Origin: an uncultured Acidobacteriota bacterium | GTDB lineage: Bacteria > Acidobacteriota > Thermoanaerobaculia > Thermoanaerobaculales > Thermoanaerobaculaceae | Direction of reading: 5' to 3' | Assembly: GCA_963751245.1 (NCBI GenBank) | Contig: CAVVTR010000003.1 | Span: 15,929 to 79,928, forward strand | Length of the DNA: 64,000 nt | Shown: piece by piece, positions 20,139 through 29,100 of the stretch | Numbering within the stretch: position 1 is the stretch's first letter | Layout: each line of letters opens with the position of its first letter | Position numbers and translations under genes: made by a program | The notes under the pieces: generated by a model | The model's input: only the letters and a program-made list of their open reading frames with translations | Databases searched by the model: none | Told to the model about the DNA's origin: nothing

Positions 20139-23000
20139 TCAGGAACGACGCCCCACCGCCGGGGGACCCGGCGGCAGGGACGCGGCGAAGGCGTCGAGGA
20201 CCTCGAGGTACGGCCGGATGGAGGGGATGAAGTGGCGCTCGCTGCGGCTGTGGGGGCCGATTCCGCTCTGGCCCCACACCACCGCGTTGCCTCCCGGGGC
20301 GAAGCGCGCCGACGTGCCGGCCAGCTTGCGCCCCACTCCGGGGGGACACCCGCCGACCCGCTCCACCGCGGTCAGCAGCAGCGCCAGCAGGGGGTTGTCC
20401 GGCGGACAGGCCACGCCGCCCTCCACCACCTCCGCGACCAGCTCGACCCCGTGGCGCCCGGCGATCTCCCCGAGCGCGGCGACGAGGCGCTCGGCGTCGT
20501 CGGCGGGGATCGGGCGCACCTCCAGGCCGAGGTTGCCGGTCCCGGCGGAGATGTTGTAGACGCCGACCTCGCCGACGTTGAGGAAGGGGAACGTGGCCGT
20601 GCTCCGCCACCCGTCGGGTGCCTCCAGCGTGAGCAGCCCTCCGAGCCGCTCCTCGAGCTCGGCGCGCACGGCGACGAGACGCCCCACGAGGTCCACCGGC
20701 CGCCCGGCGAACCCCGTGTGGGTCCGCTCGCCGTGGGCCACGAAGCGGACCCGCACCACGCCGCGGTTGGCCACGCACACCTCGCCGAGACGCTCGTCGC
20801 CGCCTTCTCCGGTCCGCTCCCCCACCAGCATCAGCTCCGGCCTCCAGCCCCGTTCCGCGGCGAGGTCGCGGAGCAGGTGGGGGGTCCCGAACGGCTCCCG
20901 CTCCCCGTTCTCCTCGTTGCCCACGAGCATCATCGACACCGGCGGCCAGGGCGGGCCCGCCCGGCGGCGCCGCAGCATCCACTCCACGTTGGTGGCCACG
21001 ACGGTCTTCATGTCGGCGCTGCCGCGCCCCCACAGGTAGTCCCCCTCGACGTGCGGCTCGAACTGGCTGTCGTTGGGCTCGGGACGGACCACGTCGAAGT
21101 GCCCGGAAAGCACGACGGGAGCGAGCAACGCCCCGGGAAACCCCGCGACGAGGGCCGGGTAGCGGCCCGTCTCCCACAGGCGCACCTCGAGGCCCGCCTC
21201 CTGCAAGGTGCCGGCAAGGAAGCGGGCGCAGCGTTCCACCTCGCCGAGGCGCTCGTCGGCGCAGTTGGTCACCGACGGAATGCGGATCAGCTCCACCGCC
21301 AGACGGACCACGGACGCGACCTCGCCGTCCGCCACCGCCGTGACGTCCGCCGGCGCCGGCGCCGCCGCGCGGACCGGCAGCGCGGCGTTCTCCCGGGTCC
21401 AGGCCTCGAACGGCACGGTGAGCTCGCCGAGCTTCCCCGCCTCCTCTCCGAGCTCGTGGCGCGCCTCCACCACCGCCGCCGTCTCCCGCGCCACCCGCTC
21501 GCGCTCCCCGGCGATCCACTCGAGCACGAGCCCTGGGGCCACCACCGGATCCCCCAGCAGGGTGCGCCGGGACGCCCGCATGCGCTGCTCGAGCCAGAGG
21601 CGGAGGCGCTGGGCGGGGTTCGCCGCCCCCTCCGCCATGGCCCGGACCGGCTCCAGCGCCTCCTCCCAGCCCAGCGCGGCGGCGAGCTCCCGGAGGTCCT
21701 CGAGGACGGCCGCCAGCCACTCGCGCATGGGCACGACCTCCCCGCTCCAGGGGTGCTCGACCACCGCGTCGAGCCCCCGCCTGGCCGCCGCTTCCTCGTT
21801 CCGCCGCGCCCGCCCGATGTCCGCGGCGTCGTAACGGAAGCCCGCGCCGTAGGCGGGGTCCGCGTAGATGCGCAGGACGAGCAGCTGCTTGAGGACGGTC
21901 CTGGCGACGGCGAGCTCCAGCGAGCCCCCGCCCTCGTCGGTGCGCACCTCGACCCGGGTCATGGGCAGGTCCACCAGGGCGCACAGGTTCTCGATCACCA
22001 GCGCCTGCTCGGCGACGGCCAGGTCGGGGTGCTCGTCGCTGGCGTAGATGCCCCGACGGTACAGCTCGGCGAGCTGCTCGGAGGTGGTGCGGACGATGAG
22101 GTTGATGGGGTCCACGTCGGAGCGGGCGCGCACGGGCGTCCAGTTGTTCGCCCCGAAGCGGACGCCCCGGCGCACCAGGTCGGTGGAGAGGCGCAGGTAG
22201 TCCGGGTAGCTCGCGTACAGCCCCGGTACGTCGAGCTCCGGGGGGTTGGGGAAGGTGAGCAACCGGTTGGAGTCGTTGGCGGTCAGCACGATCTCGCTGC
22301 GCCCCCCGGAGGTGGCGGCGGCCAGCGGCGTCGACGCGGAGACCGCGATGAACAGGGGGCAGAACGGCCGCAGCAGGCGGGCGGCGCGGATCATGGCGTC
22401 GTTGCGGAAGTCGGCCACCCCGCGTCCCTCGCGCCGGCCCCGGGGGAGGTGGATGAAGTCCCAGGCCAGGAGCGGTTCGGGCAGCGAGTGGTTGGAGTGG
22501 ATGCCGGCGGTCGCCAGGCGCGATCCGAACAGCTCGACGCAGCGCGCCAGGTAGCGGCGCTTGGCCAGGCTCCACCCCGCCGGGATGCTGTCGCGGTCCA
22601 CGACGGTGCGGTGGGGGATGTTGCCGTGGAGGGCGAGGAGGCGGTGGCCGGCCGACAGGCCCAGCTCGAACAGGACGTCGGTGAGCACGCCCTCCAGGAC
22701 GGCGGCCTCGAACGCCGGTCCGCGCACGTCGTAGTAGGGGCGGGTGGCGAACTCGACCATCCAGTGGAACACCTCCCGCTGGACCCGGCTGCGCGCCCAG
22801 GCCGGAATGCGCTCCTCCACCAGCACGTCGGCCAGCGAGCGGCGTCCGGGGCCGAAGCCGACCAGGCCCACCGGCGCCAGGCGCTCGTCGAGGACGTTGA
22901 ACTCGACCTCGAGACCGCAGGTCCCCGCCTCGAAGCGGTCCTTGACCGCGACCTCGACGGCGAGCTGGAGCTTCTCGGCGAAGCGGCCCCAGTCAGCCAT
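20139..23000 (-). CDS. fusion protein: glutamate-cysteine-ligase-like (GshA type) domain + M20 family metallopeptidase/deacylase domain
   Basis: 953-aa ORF. N-terminal ~540 aa: CGLEVEFNVLD, HWMVEFAT, AGIHSNHSLP, RVEVRTDEGG (E. coli GshA-type metal/substrate motifs). C-terminal ~400 aa: SGHFDVV, RGSADMK, VGNEENGE, AHGERTHTG, GIGPHSRSERH (M20 ArgE/DapE/CPG2-type). The frame is continuous across the linker at ~21330-21400. Confidence 0.8.
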   Translation of the reverse strand: MADWGRFAEKLQLAVEVAVKDRFEAGTCGLEVEFNVLDERLAPVGLVGFGPGRRSLADVLVEERIPAWARSRVQREVFHWMVEFATRPYYDVRGPAFEAAVLEGVLTDVLFELGLSAGHRLLALHGNIPHRTVVDRDSIPAGWSLAKRRYLARCVELFGSRLATAGIHSNHSLPEPLLAWDFIHLPRGRREGRGVADFRNDAMIRAARLLRPFCPLFIAVSASTPLAAATSGGRSEIVLTANDSNRLLTFPNPPELDVPGLYASYPDYLRLSTDLVRRGVRFGANNWTPVRARSDVDPINLIVRTTSEQLAELYRRGIYASDEHPDLAVAEQALVIENLCALVDLPMTRVEVRTDEGGGSLELAVARTVLKQLLVLRIYADPAYGAGFRYDAADIGRARRNEEAAARRGLDAVVEHPWSGEVVPMREWLAAVLEDLRELAAALGWEEALEPVRAMAEGAANPAQRLRLWLEQRMRASRRTLLGDPVVAPGLVLEWIAGERERVARETAAVVEARHELGEEAGKLGELTVPFEAWTRENAALPVRAAAPAPADVTAVADGEVASVVRLAVELIRIPSVTNCADERLGEVERCARFLAGTLQEAGLEVRLWETGRYPALVAGFPGALLAPVVLSGHFDVVRPEPNDSQFEPHVEGDYLWGRGSADMKTVVATNVEWMLRRRRAGPPWPPVSMMLVGNEENGEREPFGTPHLLRDLAAERGWRPELMLVGERTGEGGDERLGEVCVANRGVVRVRFVAHGERTHTGFAGRPVDLVGRLVAVRAELEERLGGLLTLEAPDGWRSTATFPFLNVGEVGVYNISAGTGNLGLEVRPIPADDAERLVAALGEIAGRHGVELVAEVVEGGVACPPDNPLLALLLTAVERVGGCPPGVGRKLAGTSARFAPGGNAVVWGQSGIGPHSRSERHFIPSIRPYLEVLDAFAASLPPGPPAVGRRS

Positions 23001-23027
23001 CGCGCCCCCGCGCCGCGCCGCCCGGCC

Positions 23028-24335
23028 TCACAGCGCCTCCAGCGCCTGCCACAGGCGGTCGGCCGCCCGCGCCGTGACTTGCGGTTCCAAGGCGTAGGAG
23101 AAGCGGATCCAGCGCGCCCCCCACGCGCTGAAGTAGACGCCGGGGACGACGGCGAGGCCGTTCCGCTCCGCCAGGTAGGCGCCCATCTGGGCCGAGTCCG
23201 CCATGCCGGCGCGGTCCATCCAGCGCCCCACGTCGATGAACGCGTAGTATCCCTGTCCGGCCACGTGGGACACGCCCCAGCGGGCAAGCCGCTCGCGCAG
23301 CACCCGCCGGCTCTCGTTGGTGGGCGCCACGATGGGCCGGCACGCCTCCGCGAAGCCCATCCGGTACGCGGCGATGGCCACGGCCTGGCTGTGGAACGAC
23401 GGGATCACCCCGTGGGAGGCCCGGCTCTGCGCGAGCCGGACCACCCGCTCGGAGGCCAGCAGGTGCGCGTTGCGCACGTTGCTCGCCCCGAGGGACTTGG
23501 TGATGCCGTCGAGGACGATGCAGCGCTCACGCTCCTCGCCGCTGAGCTCGCGCAGCATGGCGTTGAGGTCGAAGGGGCGCTCGTCGGTCACCCAGTGGTA
23601 GATCCAGTCGAAGATCACGAACGGCACGCCCGCGGCGAAGGCGGCGCGGGCGAGGGCGATCTGCTCCGCCAGCGGCTGCAGGCGTCCGGTGGGGTTGTCG
23701 GGGCTGGTAACGACCAGCGCCGCCACCTTGCGGCCGTCCAGCCGCGCCGCGGCCTCCACGCACTCGCGCACGGCCCCAGGCGTGATCGCCCACCCCGCGC
23801 GCTCCTCCCCCGGCGCCAGCATCACGTTGGCGCCGACCTCGTAGGGACCCCAGTTGTACGAGATCCACGGTACCCGGCTGGTGACCACGAAGTCGCCACG
23901 CCGCCCGAAGCCGAGGATCTGGACCGCCTCGTAGGCCTTGAGGAGGGCGTCGCGCCCGCCCTGGGCGGCGAGGACGTTGGCGGGGCCCCAGCCGGAGGCG
24001 GCGTCCAGGCCCCAGTACGGTCCGGCCACCGCGGCGCGGAACGCCTGGCACCCGAACGGCTGGTCGTAGGCGGTGCCGTGCTCCTTCTGCAGCGCGTGGG
24101 CGGCGTCGAGGAGCGCCTCCGGGACTCCCGGGAGGCTGGCGCCGCCGTCGCCCTGGCTGGCGTCGAAGACCTCGCCGTCCGGCAGCGCACGCCGGTAGAC
24201 CGCGAGGGCGTCGCGGATCTCGAACATGCGGCTGCCGGGGATCGGCGCCATGGTGGCGAGGCTCGGGTCGAGACCCGCCAGGCGCTCGCGGTCCACCACC
24301 GCCACCGGTCCGGTGCTCAGGGCCTCGCTGGACAT
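23028..24335 (-). CDS. PLP-dependent aminotransferase, class I/II
   Basis: 435 aa. VTSPDNPTG, FDWIYHW, and the Schiff-base Lys context GITKSLGASNVRNAH. Ends 27 nt upstream of the fusion gene. Confidence 0.85.
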   Translation of the reverse strand: MSSEALSTGPVAVVDRERLAGLDPSLATMAPIPGSRMFEIRDALAVYRRALPDGEVFDASQGDGGASLPGVPEALLDAAHALQKEHGTAYDQPFGCQAFRAAVAGPYWGLDAASGWGPANVLAAQGGRDALLKAYEAVQILGFGRRGDFVVTSRVPWISYNWGPYEVGANVMLAPGEERAGWAITPGAVRECVEAAARLDGRKVAALVVTSPDNPTGRLQPLAEQIALARAAFAAGVPFVIFDWIYHWVTDERPFDLNAMLRELSGEERERCIVLDGITKSLGASNVRNAHLLASERVVRLAQSRASHGVIPSFHSQAVAIAAYRMGFAEACRPIVAPTNESRRVLRERLARWGVSHVAGQGYYAFIDVGRWMDRAGMADSAQMGAYLAERNGLAVVPGVYFSAWGARWIRFSYALEPQVTARAADRLWQALEAL

Positions 24336-24487
24336 CCCGTCCCCCCTTCGGGTCCCCCGGCGGCCGGAGATGGCCGCCGCTCTGCTCCCTTTGAAACGAT
24401 GAAGCCAGCGTACCGCCGCTTTGTTCCCCTCTCAAGGCGGAGCGCCGCCGCCGGGCGCCGCCGCGGCGGCCGGGATAGCATCGGGAG

Positions 24488-25759
24488 GTGCGCATCCTCT
24501 TCCTGGCCGACCGCCTCTCCCTGCGCGGCGGGGCGGACCACCACCTGCGGCAGGTCATCGCCGCGGCGGCGGCCGCCGGCCACCGGGTGACGCTGGCCTG
24601 CGGCCGCGCCGAGCCGGGCGTCGGGCCTCCGGCCGGGGTGTCCCTGGTGCGCCTGCGCGGACTGGCCGCGCGCGCCGCCTCCGCCGCCCGCCTGACCGGC
24701 CTCGACGCCCTCCTCGCCGGTCACGACGTGGTGCACGCGCAGAACGTGATGAACCCGGTGGCGCTGGCCGCCGCGACCGCCGCGGGCCGGGCGGTGGTCA
24801 CCGTGCAGGACCACCGGGTGCTGTGCCCCGGTCCGGGAAAGACGCTCCCGGACGGGTCGCGGTGCCGCGTGGCCATGGACGAGGCGGCGTGCGCCGCCTG
24901 CCTGCCCGGCGTCGCGTACCGCGAGGAAATGCTCGCCCTCACGCGGGCCCGGCTCGAGGCGCTGCGCGGCGCCCGGCTCGTGGTGCTGTCGGACTACATG
25001 GCCCGCGAGCTCGCCGCCGCGGACCTGCCGGGCGCCCGGGTGCTGCCGCCCTGGGTGACGCCGGGCCCTCCCCGCGCGAGGCCCGGGGACGGCCTCCTCC
25101 TCGCCGGCCGGATGGTGGCGCACAAGGGCGTCATCGTCGCCTGGCGCGCCTGGCGCCGGGCCGCGACGCCCCTGCCCCTGCGGGTCGCCGGCAGCGGCCC
25201 GCTGGCGGCCGCCATGGACGGCGCCGCGCGGCTGGGCTGGCTGGACCGGGCGGCGCTGCGGCGGGAGCTGCGCCGCGCCCGGGCGCTGCTGTTCCCCTCG
25301 AGGTGGCAGGAGCCGTTCGGCATCCTCGGGGTCGAGGCGCTGGCCGAGGGCACGCCGGTGATCGTCGCGGACACCGGAGGCACCCGGTCCTGGTCCGCCG
25401 CCGGCTGCCTGCGGGTCCCGGCGGGCGACGCCGGCGCCATGGCCGAGGCCGTCTCGCGGCTCGCGGCCGACCCGTCCCTCGCACTGCGCCTCGGCCGCGA
25501 GGGGCAGGCCGCCGTGGCCGTCGTCTTCTCCCGGCGGCTCATCGAGCCCCGCCTCCTCGCCCTCTACGAGGCCGCCGCCCGCGCGGAGCCTAGCCCCGCC
25601 GGCGGGGGCGTGGAGGCCGAACGCCGCCGCCGGCAGCAGCACCACGGGATTCAGCACGAGAGCTCCGGGGCCATTCGGCGGTGCGGGAGCGCAGAGACCT
25701 CGCGGGCCGTGAACCGGCATGGGAAGTTGAGGGGAACCCCCGCCCACCCCGCGGGCTGA
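24488..25759 (+). CDS. GT4-type (GT-B) glycosyltransferase
   Basis: VRILFLADRLSLRGGADHHL N-terminus. C-terminal GT1/GT4 core FPSRWQEPFGILGVEALAEGTPVIVADTGG. The last ~70 aa (after ..LLALYEAAARA) are low-complexity with lower GC3 and may not be genuine. Confidence 0.75.
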   Translation: MRILFLADRLSLRGGADHHLRQVIAAAAAAGHRVTLACGRAEPGVGPPAGVSLVRLRGLAARAASAARLTGLDALLAGHDVVHAQNVMNPVALAAATAAGRAVVTVQDHRVLCPGPGKTLPDGSRCRVAMDEAACAACLPGVAYREEMLALTRARLEALRGARLVVLSDYMARELAAADLPGARVLPPWVTPGPPRARPGDGLLLAGRMVAHKGVIVAWRAWRRAATPLPLRVAGSGPLAAAMDGAARLGWLDRAALRRELRRARALLFPSRWQEPFGILGVEALAEGTPVIVADTGGTRSWSAAGCLRVPAGDAGAMAEAVSRLAADPSLALRLGREGQAAVAVVFSRRLIEPRLLALYEAAARAEPSPAGGGVEAERRRRQQHHGIQHESSGAIRRCGSAETSRAVNRHGKLRGTPAHPAG

Positions 25760-25768
25760 AGCCCGCGG
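25749..25768 (+). terminator. GC hairpin CCGCGGGC-TGAA-GCCCGCGG spanning the GT4 stop codon (possible terminator; no U-tract)
   Basis: Perfect 8-bp stem. The loop TGAA contains the TGA stop (25757-25759). Confidence 0.3.
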
Positions 25769-25864
25769 CTACGTCTGTCGGCGCGTCTGCACCGTCTCCC
25801 AGCGCCCCGGTCGACCGGGCCTTGGCGTCCACTGGTTCAGCCCGTCGCAGATAGGAGAGCCGCT

Positions 25865-25972
25865 CGGTGCCACTGGTAACGATTTGAACCCCACCAAGCC
25901 TCCACGTCTCTCAGTGCCTCATTCTCCGAGGCGCTGGCAGCACGCTGGGCCACAAATCGTTAGCGGTGGCAC
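25865..25972. repeat. 21-bp imperfect inverted repeat (2 mismatches) flanking a 66-nt loop inside a lower-GC convergent intergenic spacer
   Basis: Left arm CGGTGCCACTGGTAACGATTTG (25865-25885). Right arm CAAATCGTTAGCGGTGGCACCG (25952-25972). The surrounding ~200 bp are visibly AT-richer than the rest of the window. Confidence 0.6.
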
Positions 25973-26165
25973 CGTACACCCTCCAAGTTTGCAGGGTTCT
26001 CCAGTACCACAGAAAGACCTTCATCACCCCGCTTCCTGCTCCGGCCCGCATTCGCTGTACCCACTGCGCCGTCGCCCGCACCGTACCGCCTCCCAGCGGC
26101 GCCCGCCCGCTCGCCCAGCTCCACCCCCCCGTCAATCTTGGCGCCAGCGACGGTGCCGCCGGGGG

Positions 26166-29100
26166 TCAGGAGGGCTGCGGTACGCCCTCGCCGAGGACAC
26201 CCTGCACCCACCGCAGCGTCACCTCCGCGACCAGGTAGTCGCGCCGGGCGCGGGCCAGGTTGCCGCGCGCCATTGTCAGGTTGAGCTGCGCGTCGTCCAC
26301 GTCGAGGCGGGTCTTCACGCCGTACTCGTACCCCTTCTCCGCCATGAACAGCAAGCGCTTCGCCTGCTCCGTGGTCCCCGAGAGCGCCGCCACGATCTCC
26401 TCCGACTGCCGCACCGCGTCCACGGCGTTGCGGACCTCCAGGGCGATGGAGTCCCGCAGCCTGGCCTCATCGAGGCGCAGGGAGGACAGGTCGCTCCTCG
26501 CCTGGACCACCTTGCCACGGGTGCGCAGCCCGTCGAAGATGGGGAAGCTCAGGTAGAGGCCCGCGTTCCACGTCCGCCCTGCGGAGTCGTCGAGACCGGT
26601 GTCGATGGTGCGCCGGCCGTACGCCGCCCGCAGGTCCACCCGGGGCTTGTCCCCGGTGCCGGCGATGGTCACCAGCTCCTGCGCGACCTGGCGCTGGTGG
26701 GTGAGCTCCGCGAGCTCCGGGCGGTTGGCCAGCGCCACCGCCAGCGCGACCTCGTAGGACACCGGCGGCGCCGGCTCCGCGCCCAGGTCGCCCCGCGCGT
26801 CCACGTCGCGGTCCGTCTCGGCGAGGAGGAACGCCAGGCCCTCCCGGGCGGTCCGTACCGCGTTGGCGGTGCGGATCACATCCGGGCGCGCGTTGGCCAC
26901 CGCCACCTCGGCGGCGAGCACGTCGTAGTCGGTGGCGGTGCCCGCCGAGTACCGGTTGCGGGCCTCCTCCAGGTGACGCTCCTTCTGCTGCAGGTTCTCC
27001 TCGGCGATGGCCGCCATCTCCTTGGCCAGCAGCACGTCGTAGAACGCCGCCGTCACGTCCCGGCGCACCGCCTGCCGGAAGCGGCGCAGGTTGTCATCGC
27101 CGGTGGCGAGACCCACCTTGGCGGCGCGGATGGCCGCGCCCACCTTTCCCCAGGTGAACACGGCCTGGGAGAGGCCGAGCTCGGCGGTGGTCACGTCCTG
27201 CTGGAAGGAGAAGATGGCGCCGAACTCCGCGGGGATGTCCTTGAAGAAGTCCTGCTGGCTGGCGTCGTACTGGCGCAGCCCGGCGGCGGTGAGGGTGAGC
27301 TGCGGCAGCGCCGCGGCGCGCTCCTCCACGTACTTGCCCGCGAGCCAGCGGCGGTACTCCTCGGCCTTCTGGATGTCGCGGTTGCGCTCCGCCGCCATCC
27401 TCAGCGCCTCGTCGAGCGTCAGCGTGACGGTGGTCGCAACCCCCGTCGCGGGGACGGCTGCGGGGGCGACCGGCTGCTGGGCGCGGGCCGGGGCCGCGGC
27501 CCCGGCGAGCAGCGCGAGGGCGATCCCGACGGCCGCGGCCCGGGAGGGCTTCGCCGCCCCGGCCACGCGGCGCTTCAGGCGGACAACGAGGTCGTCGAGG
27601 GCCGTGTAGACCACCGGAACCACGAGCAGGGTGAGCAGGGTCGAGGTGATGAGCCCGCCGATGACGGCGCGGGCCATGGGTGCGCGCATCTCGCCGCCGG
27701 ACCCCAGCGCGAGGGCCAGCGGGAGCATGCCGAAGATCATCGCGGTGGTGGTCATCATGATGGGCCGCAGCCGCGTCCGGCCGGCCTCGATGACCGCCGT
27801 CCGCCGGTCCATGCCGCGCCTTCGCAGGACCTTGGCGTAGTCCACCAGCAGGATGGCGTTCTTGGTCACCAGGCCCATGAGCATGATGAGGCCGATGAGG
27901 GACATGATGTTGATGGTGTCGCCGGTGAGCAGCAGCATCCCCGCCATGCCCACGATGGACAGGGGGAGGGACAGCATGATGGCCAGGGGGTCCATGAACG
28001 ACTCGAACTGGGCCGCCAGGATCAGATACACAAAGACGATGGCGAGGAGCAGCGCCTCTCCCATGTAGCGGAACGACTCCTCCATGGCCTCGTTCTCGCC
28101 GGCCAGGACGACGCTGTAGCCCGGCGGCAGGTGCATGCCGGCGGCGACCTCCCTCACCTTCTGCACCGCCGTGCCGAGGGGAAGCCCGTCCAGGTTGGCC
28201 GACACGACCACCTCACGGCTGAGGTCGCGGCGGACGATCTCCGAGGGGGTGGTGGCCGCCTCGTAGCGCGCCAGGGAACCCAGGGAGACCAGCGCCGGCG
28301 CCTGACCCGGCCGGTTGACCACGAGACGCAGCGCCGCCACCTGGGCGATGTCCCGGCGGGAGGCCTCGGGCAGCCGCAGGCGCACGTCGATGGCGTCGCC
28401 GTCCTCGTCCTCGAAGGTGGAGACGGCCTGACCGCCCACGAGCACCCCGAGGGTCCGGGCGACGGCGGCGGAGCTGAGGCCCGCGTCGGCGGCGCGCTCT
28501 CGGTCGATGACGAGGCGGTACTCGGGGCTCTCGTGCTCCAGGGACATCTCCAGGTCCACGATGCCGGGAACGCCGTAGAGCGCGCCCTTCATCTGCGCGG
28601 CGTAGGTCTTGAGCCGGGCCAGGTCCTCGCCCCGGATGCTCGCCTGCAGCGGCTTGCGGCTGTCGAGGTTGCCGGACTCGGCGAAGGAGGGCACGATCCC
28701 GGCGATCGCGACGAGCCGCTCACGCAGCTCCCTCTGGATCTCCTTCTGGGACCGGGCTCGCTCCGCGCGGTCCTTGAGCTTCACGTAGACGCTGGCGTCG
28801 CGCACCGTGCCGGTGTCCCCGGCGCCGATGGAGGCGTAGGTGTGGTCCACCTCGGGGAGGCTGCCGATCGCTGCCAGCACCACCCCCAGCCGGTTGGTGG
28901 TCTCCTCCAGGGAGGCGTCCGGCGCAGTGGAGAAGTTGACCTGGAACTCGCCCTGGTCGGAGGCGGGGAAGAACTCGTTCTCGAGCATCCCGAACGCCAC
29001 GATGCCGCCGAAGAACGCCACGGTGGCGGCGGCCAGCACCGTCTTGCGGTGGTCCAGGGCCCATCCGATGACCGCTCGGTAGCGGTCCGCGGTGCGGTCG

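Noticed and set aside
20232-24590. 1452-aa plus-strand ORF
   Set aside because: It is antisense to the GshA-like::M20 and aminotransferase genes. Low-complexity composition and no recognisable domain.
25866-25875. GCCACTG, resembling the conserved cobalamin-riboswitch box
   Set aside because: No other cobalamin-riboswitch core elements are nearby. No downstream gene could be regulated, because the flanking genes are convergent.
26076-26080. Group II intron 5' consensus GTGCG on the minus strand at the start of the structured spacer
   Set aside because: I found no domain V-like helix and no RT/maturase ORF. The whole spacer (~400 nt) is too short for a bacterial group II intron.
25911-26135. 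Small minus-strand ORF (..MKVFLWYWRTLQTWRVYGATANDLWPSVLPAPRRMRH) and a tmRNA-like reading (in-frame A-N-D.. peptide)
   Set aside because: The codons lack the genome's GC3 bias. The peptide does not end in a tmRNA-type ..ALAA tag, and there is no tRNA-like acceptor/T-arm. The GGTTCAAATC at ~25880 has no pairing T-stem.
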